This document shows positions 1 through 9,687 of a stretch of DNA of 64,000 nt, in pieces. The DNA is taken from positions 1,728,001 through 1,792,000 of the forward strand of contig CAXXMV010000002.1 of the NCBI GenBank assembly GCA_963662285.2. Direction: 5' to 3'. Below the pieces are notes generated by a model, which was not told the DNA's origin, did not search any database, and worked only from the letters and a program-made list of their open reading frames with translations. Made by a program: the position numbers and the translations under genes. Every line of letters begins with the position of its first letter. The stretch's first letter is position 1. Source of the stretch: a bacterium (lineage in GTDB: Bacteria; Hinthialibacterota; Hinthialibacteria; Hinthialibacterales; Hinthialibacteraceae).

Positions 1-85
1 ACCTAACATTTCAAGAATGCATCAAAATTCTACCCGGACTCTTTAAACCCCGGTTTCTATATGATGTTAAAGAGGAGAAACAGGC

Positions 86-1063
86 ATGACTCGCGTAGCT
101 ATAGGCATCGATTTAGGCGGCACTGACATCAAAGGCGGTCTTGTTTCAGAAGACGGTTCCATCATCGGCAAATTCATAAAATCCACCGAAGGCCATCTCG
201 GCGGACGTAAAGTAGTTGATAGAATAGGCGACCTCATCCAGGAAATCATTGATTCCGAAGCAATGAAAGGTCGCAAAGACGACCTGGTTGGCGTAGGCAT
301 CGGCAGCCCCGGTCTGGTCGATCAAGAAAAAGGCGCCATTACCCGTCCCGTCAATATCCCGGACTGGGACTATTGGATAAATGTGCGTGAAATATTCCAG
401 GAACGTCTCGGTCTTTTCACCTGGGCGGATAACGATGCCAATGTCGGCGCGCTGGGCGAAGCCTTGTATGGCAAAGGTAAAGGCAAAAAAGTTGTCATGG
501 TGCTGACCTTGGGAACCGGCGTCGGCGGTGGAATTGTTAGTGAAGGCAAAGTATTCCACGGCTTCGCTGGTTTCGCTGGAGAGTTGGGACACATTATGGT
601 CAATCCCAATGGCCCGGTATGCGGCTGCGGCAACGAAGGATGCCTGGAAGCATACACCTCAGCCACCGCTATCGCCAAATACGCACAGGATCGCATCCGG
701 GTTGAACACATCCCCTCTATCTTAAAAGATATGGCCAAAGAAAATGGCGGAAAACTGACCTCAAAAATGGTGCATGACGCAGCGCTCAAAGGCGACGCCG
801 TTGCTTTGCAAACCGTTGAACGGGCTGGCATCTATCTGGGCATCGGCATCGCTTCACTGACCGTTTCTTTCAATCCGGAAATTGTCTGCATCGGAGGCGG
901 CGCCGCGGAAATGGGCGATATGCTGTTTGATCATGCCCGCAAAGAGATGGAAAAACGGGTATTCTTCCACTCGCATTACCAGACTCCAATCGTCAAAGCC
1001 CAGCTGGGCAACGACGCCGGACTAGTCGGCGCCGCTGGATTGGCTTTAACCGGCAGCTCATGA
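86..1063 (+). CDS. ROK family sugar kinase (glucokinase)
   Basis: GIDLGGT ATP motif, NDAN, TLGTGVGGG, GELGH, CGCGNEGCLE zinc motif; RBS gaggag. Confidence 0.93.
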   Translation: MTRVAIGIDLGGTDIKGGLVSEDGSIIGKFIKSTEGHLGGRKVVDRIGDLIQEIIDSEAMKGRKDDLVGVGIGSPGLVDQEKGAITRPVNIPDWDYWINVREIFQERLGLFTWADNDANVGALGEALYGKGKGKKVVMVLTLGTGVGGGIVSEGKVFHGFAGFAGELGHIMVNPNGPVCGCGNEGCLEAYTSATAIAKYAQDRIRVEHIPSILKDMAKENGGKLTSKMVHDAALKGDAVALQTVERAGIYLGIGIASLTVSFNPEIVCIGGGAAEMGDMLFDHARKEMEKRVFFHSHYQTPIVKAQLGNDAGLVGAAGLALTGSS

Positions 1064-2163
1064 CATCCGATGAATTAAAAGAACATGCGTCGATGCTTGG
1101 TTTCGACGATCTGCGCATCGCCCCCGCCTCTCCTGATCACTGGGATCAATACCGTGATTGGATTGCGCAGGGGCATCATGGCGGGATGAAGTATCTCGCC
1201 AACCGCGCAGAGGAGCGACGCTCTCCAACTATATCAGATCAACCCGCCCGCAGCATAATCGTAGTCGCTAAACGCTACCTCACAAATCCGATCAAATCCC
1301 CCCCGAATCCATTCACCGCCATAGTTTCACGCTACGCTGTGGGAGACGACTACCACGATGTGATGGGAGAATCGCTCAAACAACTCACGGCTTACATCGA
1401 CCAACAAACAGGTGGATCGTATAAATCACGCTGGTGCGTTGATTCATCGCCAGTGATGGAAAAAGATTTCGCCGCCCAGTCCGGCATCGGGTGGTATGGC
1501 AAACAGAGCAACATCATCAACAGCCATTTAGGCGCCTGGTTTTTCCTGGGGGCGATTATCACCACCCTTGAGTTGGTTCCCGACCACCCCATACCAAATC
1601 GTTGCGGAACATGCATCAAGTGTATAGAAGCATGTCCCACCAAAGCCATCATTCAACCCTATGTTGTTGATGCAAGACGTTGTATATCTTACCTGACCAT
1701 CGAAAACAAAGGCCCCATCCCCGTTGAGTTCCGACGGGCTATGGGGCAGCGTGTATATGGCTGCGACGACTGCCTCGCCGTCTGCCCCTGGAACCGTTTC
1801 GCCCAACCCACCGATGAACCGGGATTTCAACCACGGGAAATATTGCGTACGCCGAATTTGATCCAACTAATGAAATTAGCCGATGATGAATTCCGCACGA
1901 TCTTTAAGGGAAGCCCTATCAAGCGCACCAAGCGCCGGGGATTATTAAGAAATGCCGCCATTGCGCTAGGTAATACCCATGATCCCGGCGCCATCCCGGT
2001 TTTATTAGAGGCGCTCAGAGATCATGAACCGTTGATCAGAGGACACGCCGCATGGGCTTTAGGTGAGATTGGGGGATCAAAGGCCGCGAAGGGATTACAA
2101 GAGGCGCTTGCTATTGAACAAGATGAGTGGGTCATCAGTGAAATACAACAGGCATTGAGATAG
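1060..2163 (+). CDS. queG: Epoxyqueuosine reductase QueG with C-terminal HEAT repeats
   Basis: SRYAVGDDYH, VDSSPVMEK, CGTCIKCIEACPT, RCISYLTIE, YGCDDCLAVCPWN; ATGA overlap with ROK gene. Confidence 0.95.
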   Translation: MTSDELKEHASMLGFDDLRIAPASPDHWDQYRDWIAQGHHGGMKYLANRAEERRSPTISDQPARSIIVVAKRYLTNPIKSPPNPFTAIVSRYAVGDDYHDVMGESLKQLTAYIDQQTGGSYKSRWCVDSSPVMEKDFAAQSGIGWYGKQSNIINSHLGAWFFLGAIITTLELVPDHPIPNRCGTCIKCIEACPTKAIIQPYVVDARRCISYLTIENKGPIPVEFRRAMGQRVYGCDDCLAVCPWNRFAQPTDEPGFQPREILRTPNLIQLMKLADDEFRTIFKGSPIKRTKRRGLLRNAAIALGNTHDPGAIPVLLEALRDHEPLIRGHAAWALGEIGGSKAAKGLQEALAIEQDEWVISEIQQALR

Positions 2164-2179
2164 ATAATGGAGATAATGG

Positions 2180-2824
2180 ATGAGATTTTTTAACAATAAG
2201 AAACTCATGATCGAATGCATTGCGGTGATGATCGTTTTGATTATTGTGTTTATCTTAATTTTACCGCACTTTCTCAACGCTCAAATAAGTAGAAGAGTCG
2301 CAATACGAACAAAAGAATTACAGGCGTTTACCGCACTATTCCGTAGCAAAGAGTTGCAATACCTCCGGGAAAACGGATCTACGACAGGAGCGCCGGACAA
2401 CCAAAAAAAAGTGCACGATATAATGCATAGTTCAATGAACGAGATTGGCTCACTTATGAATATTAAATTTTTAATTTCTTCAAGGGGAGGCCCATGTATG
2501 ACGGAGTCTTTTCGGGAGTCACGGGACGGCTATGAGATGGAGGGAATGCATATTGTTACTACTGTGAATAGATTTAAAAATTACATATTATGGGTCACCG
2601 CCGCTCCAGTTACTACAGAGGGTGCAAGTTGGCCTCAGTTCAAAAACCGGTTCAGGGATACTATACTTCTACATAATTACATCAGTCAAAGAGGAACTGA
2701 ATTGGGCTATTACAACGCAGAATTTTACCGTGAGTATTATCGTCCATATACATTTGATGTCAGCAACGGGCTGGGCAGTGATGGGGCGATTATCGTTATT
2801 GAATCTGAACCGCTTGCTCGATGA
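2180..2824 (+). CDS. Pilin/pseudopilin-like protein with degenerate prepilin leader
   Basis: LMIECIAVMIVLIIVFILILPHFLNAQI resembles FTLIELLIVVAIIGILAAIAVPNFLNAQI of 36858; C-terminal FDVSNGLGSDGAI. Confidence 0.6.
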   Translation: MRFFNNKKLMIECIAVMIVLIIVFILILPHFLNAQISRRVAIRTKELQAFTALFRSKELQYLRENGSTTGAPDNQKKVHDIMHSSMNEIGSLMNIKFLISSRGGPCMTESFRESRDGYEMEGMHIVTTVNRFKNYILWVTAAPVTTEGASWPQFKNRFRDTILLHNYISQRGTELGYYNAEFYREYYRPYTFDVSNGLGSDGAIIVIESEPLAR

Positions 2825-2859
2825 GAAGCAATGTCGTTAACTTAGGTGATGTTAAAATA

Positions 2860-2887
2860 CCCCTAACCCTAGTCGCTCTCCCGGAGG
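2860..2887 (+). repeat. Family C (BoxC-like) repeat, degenerate
   Basis: ccctaaccctagtcgctctcccggagg resembles 45544-45579. Confidence 0.45.
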
Positions 2888-2891
2888 ACAC

Positions 2892-2924
2892 GGGTGCCAA
2901 GGGCAGTGTTCTTTCTGCCCTTGA
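2892..2924 (-). repeat. Family A2 hairpin repeat
   Basis: reverse complement is tcaagggcagaaagaacactgcccttggcaccc. Confidence 0.85.
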
Positions 2925-3025
2925 CGTTAACTATAGACTAACTGAAAAACTATGCTTATTTATCTTTTTTTAGAATTATTTTTCTGCTTATCGGTTGAAA
3001 CAGTGATCACATTATCGAATTATAT

Positions 3026-3071
3026 GAGGTGAACTCAATCAAGGGCAGAAAATACACTGCCCTTGGCACCC
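3026..3071 (+). repeat. Family A2 hairpin repeat
   Basis: gaggtgaactcaatcaagggcagaaaatacactgcccttggcaccc; near-identical to 44101-44147. Confidence 0.9.
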
Positions 3072-3183
3072 TATATTGTTCTATATTCAGCTAATAGTAT
3101 TTCTCATAATATCCCATCTTGATATTTGTAGGTAAAGATCAACCCGATAGATAGGGGATAACCCGGCTTAACTAAATTGCATT

Positions 3184-3205
3184 GGCCCACGAGGAGCGCC
3201 CCTAC
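3184..3205 (-). repeat. Family B GTAG-type REP, degenerate
   Basis: ends gcgcccctac like 21076-21100. Confidence 0.45.
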
Positions 3206-3216
3206 ATCTTAGTTGG

Positions 3217-4098
3217 CTAATTCAGTTCACCGAGAAACACATTCAAACCTTGTGACGAGGCTCTATCGTAAATTGGTTCAATGGATTCCAGAAATCGTTC
3301 TTTGCCGCGCCAGTATGGGAAATTCCCCAAACGCTTGGCAAGCGCTGCGTTAACCGGGGAAATTTCCACTTTCCCCAATAGATCATCTGATACCCCGCCT
3401 CCCTGCCAGAAAGTTGTACTCTCCGCTGCTAAAGGTTCAGGCGGGAAGGTCTCTTCCGGGATTTCAGTAGTATCAAACTCCGCATCACGCGAAACAGTTT
3501 GAGGAAGATTATTGAGCAACTCATCCCGGTCCATGCCGCGCATTTTGAACATCAGAAACGGGTCGCGGTCGAACTCTTCGCCGAGAAGATAAAAAACAGC
3601 GGCGATATGTTTGCAGGGATTGGACCAATCCGGGCAGTTGCAGTCAGTCTTGAGATCATTATATTTATTAGGGAAAAGAGATAATCCCAAATCGTCAAAT
3701 ATTTTTTCGATATCTTCCGGCATTTCCCCCGCCAAGAGTTTCGCCGTAAAAATCGGTTGTTCCGATAGCGCTTTAACTATCTTGTTCCAATCGCTTTTTT
3801 GTAAGGTTTTTACTTTTACGGTTATGGAATAAGCGCCGGAGCGTGAACCCTGTACTTTGGCTTTGATTGATCCGGCATCAACCTCAAGCGAGGTGACCTG
3901 GCCTTTGCGGGCGTAGCTGCGCCCCCGTCCCAACCGGGCGCCGATGTTAAAACTTTCCAGAACCGCTATCCAGCGTTTGGCCCACCAGCTAGTTCCAAAG
4001 GCGCCGCGCTTGGTTTGAGCCTTGATGCCGCCTTTAGCCTCAAGGGGAGTCGAAGGTGGGAAATATCTGAAATCATCATAATAATATCTTCGAGACAT
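3217..4098 (-). CDS. SWIM zinc-finger protein (usual partner of SNF2/DUF3670 helicases)
   Basis: FGTSWWAKRWI, RLGRGRSYARKGQV, CNCPDWSNPCKH SWIM motif, FDRDPFL. Confidence 0.92.
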   Translation of the reverse strand: MSRRYYYDDFRYFPPSTPLEAKGGIKAQTKRGAFGTSWWAKRWIAVLESFNIGARLGRGRSYARKGQVTSLEVDAGSIKAKVQGSRSGAYSITVKVKTLQKSDWNKIVKALSEQPIFTAKLLAGEMPEDIEKIFDDLGLSLFPNKYNDLKTDCNCPDWSNPCKHIAAVFYLLGEEFDRDPFLMFKMRGMDRDELLNNLPQTVSRDAEFDTTEIPEETFPPEPLAAESTTFWQGGGVSDDLLGKVEISPVNAALAKRLGNFPYWRGKERFLESIEPIYDRASSQGLNVFLGELN

Positions 4099-4109
4099 GG
4101 TTCATACCT

Positions 4110-4535
4110 CTAAAATGGGAGTTCATCGCAATCTACAGATGGGAAGGGATTTTTGTCATAATCTTTCTTATCAACATCATAGTCATTCTCGTAAACAGCA
4201 TGGTCATCAACGGTTAAATAAGGATCATCCCATAAATCCAGATTATAACCAGTATCTTTAGAAGAAGGAATTTTCTGTTGTTGCGTTTTATTATGCGTTG
4301 TCTTATGCGTTTCCTTGTTAGTTTTCTCTCCAAAGCGTTCGTAATATAAATCACGAATCCATATCTTGACCGGGGCTTTCCACTGTTCGGTCTTGCTGGG
4401 AATATTTTTCATTAGATTTTTAGGCTTGAAACCAAGTTCTTTCGCCTTTCTGATATCATCCATATTCAGGCGGCATAGTTTCTTCGCTTTAGCCCACTCA
4501 GCGTCTTTGGGTGATAGTTTTTTCTTTTTAGGCAT
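4110..4535 (-). CDS. Hypothetical protein, basic N-terminal domain with acidic tail
   Basis: Operon-like spacing; WAKAKKLCRL...KELGFKP...WKAPVKIWIRDLY domain; acidic tail ending DELPF. Confidence 0.7.
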   Translation of the reverse strand: MPKKKKLSPKDAEWAKAKKLCRLNMDDIRKAKELGFKPKNLMKNIPSKTEQWKAPVKIWIRDLYYERFGEKTNKETHKTTHNKTQQQKIPSSKDTGYNLDLWDDPYLTVDDHAVYENDYDVDKKDYDKNPFPSVDCDELPF

Positions 4536-4568
4536 TTTTTTACCAAATTACAAATTATCTGAATAAGT

Positions 4569-4982
4569 TTACTTAATAAACGGAGAAACAAAATTAATAT
4601 AACCTCTTGCGTCCGGGGTTAATGTAGAATGAGTATGGATAGAGTCTAGAACTACCTGCAATGCATCATTCCAAATATCTTCTGAAATATCAGCCCGCAT
4701 CGCGCGAATTACCTTTAACTGAGTCACCACTTCCTGTACGCGAAGATCGCCATACGTTTTCTTGAAGAGAATTACTTTCAAGGCATCCCTCAGTACGCAG
4801 TCATCAACCGTTTTATCGCTACGGTAACATGATATAAGGGTGAACTCAATATTCTGTAAAAGATCAAGATGATTTTCTGATATTCGCTTCATCATTTTTA
4901 TTGGGTCTTTGGTTTTATTGGCAGTCTTTTTCATGATAGTTTTCTTTTTCGAATCTCTCCGTTGTTTTGATTGCATCGACAT
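4569..4982 (-). CDS. Hypothetical protein
   Basis: 137-aa ORF co-oriented between SNF2 and SWIM genes. Confidence 0.65.
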   Translation of the reverse strand: MSMQSKQRRDSKKKTIMKKTANKTKDPIKMMKRISENHLDLLQNIEFTLISCYRSDKTVDDCVLRDALKVILFKKTYGDLRVQEVVTQLKVIRAMRADISEDIWNDALQVVLDSIHTHSTLTPDARGYINFVSPFIK

Positions 4983-5015
4983 AATCAGATACTCGTATGA
5001 ATTATTATTTTATGA

Positions 5016-8000
5016 TTATTCCGCCACCGCGTCTTTGCTCAGTTTGAACAGTTCTTTCAATTCGTCGGTGGATAATTCCGTCAGCCAGGCTTCTCCGGCG
5101 CCGACTACTCCTTCGGCGATTTCCTTCTTATTTTCTATCATCTCATCGATTCGTTCTTCCAACGTCCCCACGCAAAGGTACTTGTGGACTTGCACATTCT
5201 TGGTCTGCCCGATGCGGAAGACGCGGTCGGTGGCTTGATTCTCTACCGCCGGATTCCACCAGCGGTCGAAATGAAACACATGATTGGCGTGGGTTAGATT
5301 TAATCCAGTGCCTCCGGCTTTGAGCGATAGGATAAAGATGCTTGGTCCCTGGTCGCTCTGAAAGCGTTCGACCATGGCATCCCTCTTTTTCTTAGTAACG
5401 CCGCCATGCAGGAAGAAAACCTCCTGGCCGAATTGCTCTTGCAGATAGGTTTGCAGCATTCCCCCCATCACAGAGAACTGTGAGAAGATCAATGCGCGGT
5501 CGCCAATGCCGATCATCTCCTCCAGCATCTCGGTTAAACGGTTTAGTTTACCCGAACGGTCGGGCATAGCGGAATTATCTCCGGCGAAATGCGCCGGGTG
5601 GTTGCAGACCTGCTTAAGTTTAGAGATGGTCGCCAGCACCAGCCCTTTGCGGTTAATGCCTTCGGCTGATTCCAGCGCCTTCTCCGTATCGTTCACCACC
5701 GCCTGATATAACGACGCCTGTTCTTTGGTCAAGTTGCAGAAGACCTTCATTTCCATCTTTTCCGGTAAGTCGCTAATGATGGTTTTGTCGGTTTTAAGCC
5801 GGCGGAGGATGAAGGGGCCGGTCATCTGTTTTAACTTCTGGATGGCTTCCGGATCGCGTTCCGCCTGTATGGGAACAAAGAACGAACGTTTGAATTCCGC
5901 TTGAGTTCCAAGAAAACCGGGATTGAGGAATTCCATGATCGACCAGAGATCGCCAACGTTGTTTTCGACTGGCGTACCGGTCAGAGCGATGCGGTAATCC
6001 GCGTTGAGCGACCGCGCCGCTTTCGATTGCTTGGTCTCAGGATTTTTGATGTTCTGCGCTTCATCAAGCACCACGCCCGACCAGGGGATTTCTTTGAGTA
6101 TCTCAAAATCCCGGTGCAAAAGCGCATAACTGGAAATCACGATTGAATGTTTGCTTGCTTCTTTCTTGAAGGCGGCGCCTTTTGCGCGGGTGGTTCCATG
6201 ATGGATCATAACGGGCAGTTCCGGCGTAAAGCGCGAGGCTTCCTTATGCCAGTTGCCAACCACCGAAGTCGGGCAGATCAGCAGTACGGGGCGTTTGCCA
6301 TTGTTATGCCAGTTCCGTTGGATGAGGGTTAATGTCTGGATTGTTTTACCGAGTCCCATATCATCGGCCAGACAGGCGCCCAGTCCCCATTGCTGTAAGA
6401 AATTAAGCCACGAGTAGCCTCGCTTCTGGTAAGGGCGTAGGATTCCCTGGAATTCTGGCAGAGGTTCGATTTCGTCATACGAGGCGTTGCCATTGAGTTG
6501 TTTGAGGAATTTGGCGATCCAGCCGGTAGCCGATACGCCGTCGAATTCCAAGCCTGCTGGCGCCTTGGCCCGTCCCAGCGACATCTGCACCAATTCACCA
6601 ACGCTTGCCTCCTGCTTCTCTCTCTTCTTCCAAAATGCTATCGCCTCTTTGATCTCTTCTGCGCTGATATGCACCCATTGGCCGCGGATTTGCACTAATG
6701 AAGATTTCATTTTGGCAAGTTCCTGCAATTCACGCAGAGTAATCTTTTTGCCGCCCAAGGCCATTTCCCATTCAAATTCAATTATTTCACTCAAGGTCAG
6801 GCCGCCGCCGCCTTTTAACCGGGGGCTTTTTACTTTGGCTTTGATGGATAAGCGTTGTTTGGTTCCTTTTCTGGTCCACCATGAAGGCAGCAATACGCCA
6901 AAACTCATTTGTTCCAAAATAGAAGACTTTTCGTTCAGAAAATTGAAAGCTCCGTCTGAGTCGATAGCATAACCGCCAGGGGCTGAAGTCTTCAGGCTGT
7001 TTTCTACATCGGGACAGATTCCAGAGGCCTGCCCCAGTGAGAACAAAAGGTATTCATTGGCATTGAATCCTGCCTTTTTGAGAAAAGCCGCTTTTTGTCC
7101 TTTAGCGTTCCACACCTCATCCACCGGAAGCAAAAGACTGGGATCGCTGATATCCTGCAGCAGGTAACGGACGAACCATGAGTCCTGAAATTTCTTGGTT
7201 TTTCTGGTTGTTATTATTTCTGTTCCCGGTTCTTCCAAACGGAAACAGAGCCGGAATGGCGCATCGGTCGAAACGGTCACCGGGCGTTTCCATGCTTGAA
7301 CCTGCGCCATGAATTGGGTTAATTCATTCTCATCGCCTTCTATAAGTCCATCGGGTGAACAGAGCGCATGAAGCCACTGATCATGGATGCTGTCAAATGA
7401 GGATGATTTTTTCTTTAGCAACCGCTTAGGTTTACTAGGCGCTGTTTTTTTCATGTGAGCATAACGCACCAGGAAATCAACCGTCATATTGCAAAAGTCT
7501 GATAACAGCGATTGTGAGGAAACCGTCGGCTCAGTTTCAATGTCGAAAGATAACGCACGGCAGGCGCCGGGCATGGCTTTGGCTAATTCAGTCTGATTTT
7601 TACGTTCTTCCCCTGCAATGACGGGTTTCCAATATGCGCGAAATTCTTCATCCTTTTTGACGACATCAGGAATGAATTGCTGCCGCGCCGTCAAAGCGCC
7701 GCAATAGCGCATAGCGGAAGACCAATAAGCCAGATCATTTCCAATAAGCACTCCGGGAGAGAGTAATTCCTTACCAGCGCAATGACATAGCAACTCTATA
7801 GTATCTTTGGCATTAAGAGGAAGAACGTTTATTTGCCAGGGTGTAATTGTGATTTTATAGCGGGTTGCAGGCGGCGCATCAATAATAGGGCTTGAAGCGA
7901 AAGGTTTAGCGCCTTTCGATGGAAGCCATATAACCGCCGGAAGCATATCGCGCTTGTATGCTTTATAACTGTATCCTGAATCTATGAGCGCTTGAGATAT

Positions 8001-8147
8001 TTTTTTGAATCCGGCATCGTACGGCAAAACGTTTAAATCCGACGCTTTATTTGTTTTTCTCTGTTTGAATGCTTCTGATGATTCAACTGCTGTTTCACCC
8101 CACAATAGAAACTGCTCATCAACAAAACCCGCATGCAGAATAATCAT
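5016..8147 (-). CDS. SNF2-family helicase with DUF3670-type N-terminus
   Basis: LRPYQ, LADDMGLGKT, DEAQ, LTGTPVEN, LRRLK, SGKL, KAGGTGLNL, WNPAVENQATDRVFRIGQ. Confidence 0.95.
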   Translation of the reverse strand: MIILHAGFVDEQFLLWGETAVESSEAFKQRKTNKASDLNVLPYDAGFKKISQALIDSGYSYKAYKRDMLPAVIWLPSKGAKPFASSPIIDAPPATRYKITITPWQINVLPLNAKDTIELLCHCAGKELLSPGVLIGNDLAYWSSAMRYCGALTARQQFIPDVVKKDEEFRAYWKPVIAGEERKNQTELAKAMPGACRALSFDIETEPTVSSQSLLSDFCNMTVDFLVRYAHMKKTAPSKPKRLLKKKSSSFDSIHDQWLHALCSPDGLIEGDENELTQFMAQVQAWKRPVTVSTDAPFRLCFRLEEPGTEIITTRKTKKFQDSWFVRYLLQDISDPSLLLPVDEVWNAKGQKAAFLKKAGFNANEYLLFSLGQASGICPDVENSLKTSAPGGYAIDSDGAFNFLNEKSSILEQMSFGVLLPSWWTRKGTKQRLSIKAKVKSPRLKGGGGLTLSEIIEFEWEMALGGKKITLRELQELAKMKSSLVQIRGQWVHISAEEIKEAIAFWKKREKQEASVGELVQMSLGRAKAPAGLEFDGVSATGWIAKFLKQLNGNASYDEIEPLPEFQGILRPYQKRGYSWLNFLQQWGLGACLADDMGLGKTIQTLTLIQRNWHNNGKRPVLLICPTSVVGNWHKEASRFTPELPVMIHHGTTRAKGAAFKKEASKHSIVISSYALLHRDFEILKEIPWSGVVLDEAQNIKNPETKQSKAARSLNADYRIALTGTPVENNVGDLWSIMEFLNPGFLGTQAEFKRSFFVPIQAERDPEAIQKLKQMTGPFILRRLKTDKTIISDLPEKMEMKVFCNLTKEQASLYQAVVNDTEKALESAEGINRKGLVLATISKLKQVCNHPAHFAGDNSAMPDRSGKLNRLTEMLEEMIGIGDRALIFSQFSVMGGMLQTYLQEQFGQEVFFLHGGVTKKKRDAMVERFQSDQGPSIFILSLKAGGTGLNLTHANHVFHFDRWWNPAVENQATDRVFRIGQTKNVQVHKYLCVGTLEERIDEMIENKKEIAEGVVGAGEAWLTELSTDELKELFKLSKDAVAE

Positions 8148-8457
8148 CGATTTATTGTCTCCAAAAAATTCGTTTTTTGAGGGGCGCCGAATGGTTATCT
8201 ATTTGGCCTATGACCCAATATCCCCGCTCCCGATAACTTTATTTGTATAGGAAAGACAAATATGAAACTTATTATGTAAATATTTATGAATATTTATCAT
8301 GAATATTTATTATGGCATAAATATTGCTCAATCTTCTAGAGTCTTGGCAATATTTTGTATAAACAAAATATGAAATACAAATTTAGCTATGATTCAATTT
8401 AATAATGACTTTGGCTAGATAAATACATAATTATCAAACCATTACCAGGGATTAACT

Positions 8458-9687
8458 ATGTACAAGATTGCTTATAAACAAATTCGTTATTATATCATTA
8501 TAATATTTCCTCTTTTTGCATTCTTGGCAAATATCCATCCAATCCATGCTCAAAACGCGAAACATAATAATGATATTACTCTTGGCATGTCAACCGCTTT
8601 GAGTGGTCCAGCCTCCTTTCTCGGCGTGAATATGCAAGCAGGAGTTTTGGCTGCTATCAAAGAAATTAACCATACAGGCGGCATAAACTCTCATGACATA
8701 CGCCTGATCACTCTTGATGATGGTTACGAGCCTACTCTGACCATACCCAATATCCATAAATTGATCAATGAAGAAAACGTATTATCCATTATTGGTAATG
8801 TCGGAACGCCAACCGCGGTTGCCGCGGTACCCATAACCAACAAAAACAAGGTACTCTTCTATGGAGCTTTCACCGGCGCCGGAATTCTGAGAAAGCATCC
8901 TCCAGACCGTTATGTGATAAACTTTCGCGCCAGTTATGCGGAAGAAACCGAGGCCATGGTTAATGCGCTTTGCGAACATGCGGGCGTCAAACCGGAAGAG
9001 ATTGCATTTTTCACTCAGAGAGACACCTATGGAGACGCCGGATATTCAGGAGGAATGACAGCTCTCATAAAACATGGACTTATAGACGAGAGCAGTATTG
9101 TTCATGCGCGTTATGAACGCAATTCTCTAGCCGTAGAAAATGCGTTGGCTGACATTATCCTTGGTGAATCCACGCCGCGCGCCATCATCATGGTTGGCGC
9201 CTATGCTCCCTGCGCCAAGTTTATTCGTCTGGCAAAATCTCATGGCCTGAATCCGTTATTTCTCAATGTATCCTTTGTCGGCGCCGAGCAACTGAATACA
9301 GAACTGGGCGCCGTTGGAAATGGCGTAATTGTAACTCAGGTCGTGCCTCATTACGATTCTGATACTCCTATCGTTCACGATTATCTCAAGGCTCTTAAAG
9401 AACTGGACAATAATATTAAACCTACATTCGCTTCGTTAGAAGGATATGTCGCTGCCCGGATTCTTTTCAAAGCTATGCAACTTCATCAAACCATCCCAAC
9501 CAGATCGAGCATTGTTGATTATTTGGAAGAATTGGGTGATTTCGACATTGGATTAAACACGCCTCTTCATCTGACAACAAATGATCATCAGGCCAGTCAT
9601 CTTATTTGGCCGACAATATTTCAAGATGGGAAAATTCATACATTTGAATGGGCTGATTTAAAAAACACTGATAGTGGAAAGTCATGA
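8458..9687 (+). CDS. LivJ/LivK-type (Peripla_BP_6) substrate-binding protein, probably a sensor input
   Basis: Signal peptide; LGMSTALSGP, DDGYEP, GNVGTPT, NFRASYAEE, SLEGY; no ABC permease adjacent. Confidence 0.88.
   Translation: MYKIAYKQIRYYIIIIFPLFAFLANIHPIHAQNAKHNNDITLGMSTALSGPASFLGVNMQAGVLAAIKEINHTGGINSHDIRLITLDDGYEPTLTIPNIHKLINEENVLSIIGNVGTPTAVAAVPITNKNKVLFYGAFTGAGILRKHPPDRYVINFRASYAEETEAMVNALCEHAGVKPEEIAFFTQRDTYGDAGYSGGMTALIKHGLIDESSIVHARYERNSLAVENALADIILGESTPRAIIMVGAYAPCAKFIRLAKSHGLNPLFLNVSFVGAEQLNTELGAVGNGVIVTQVVPHYDSDTPIVHDYLKALKELDNNIKPTFASLEGYVAARILFKAMQLHQTIPTRSSIVDYLEELGDFDIGLNTPLHLTTNDHQASHLIWPTIFQDGKIHTFEWADLKNTDSGKS

Noticed and set aside
8274-8325. Repeated aatatttat motifs in the divergent promoter region
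   Set aside because: Could be operator sites but cannot be told apart from low-complexity AT-rich sequence by eye.
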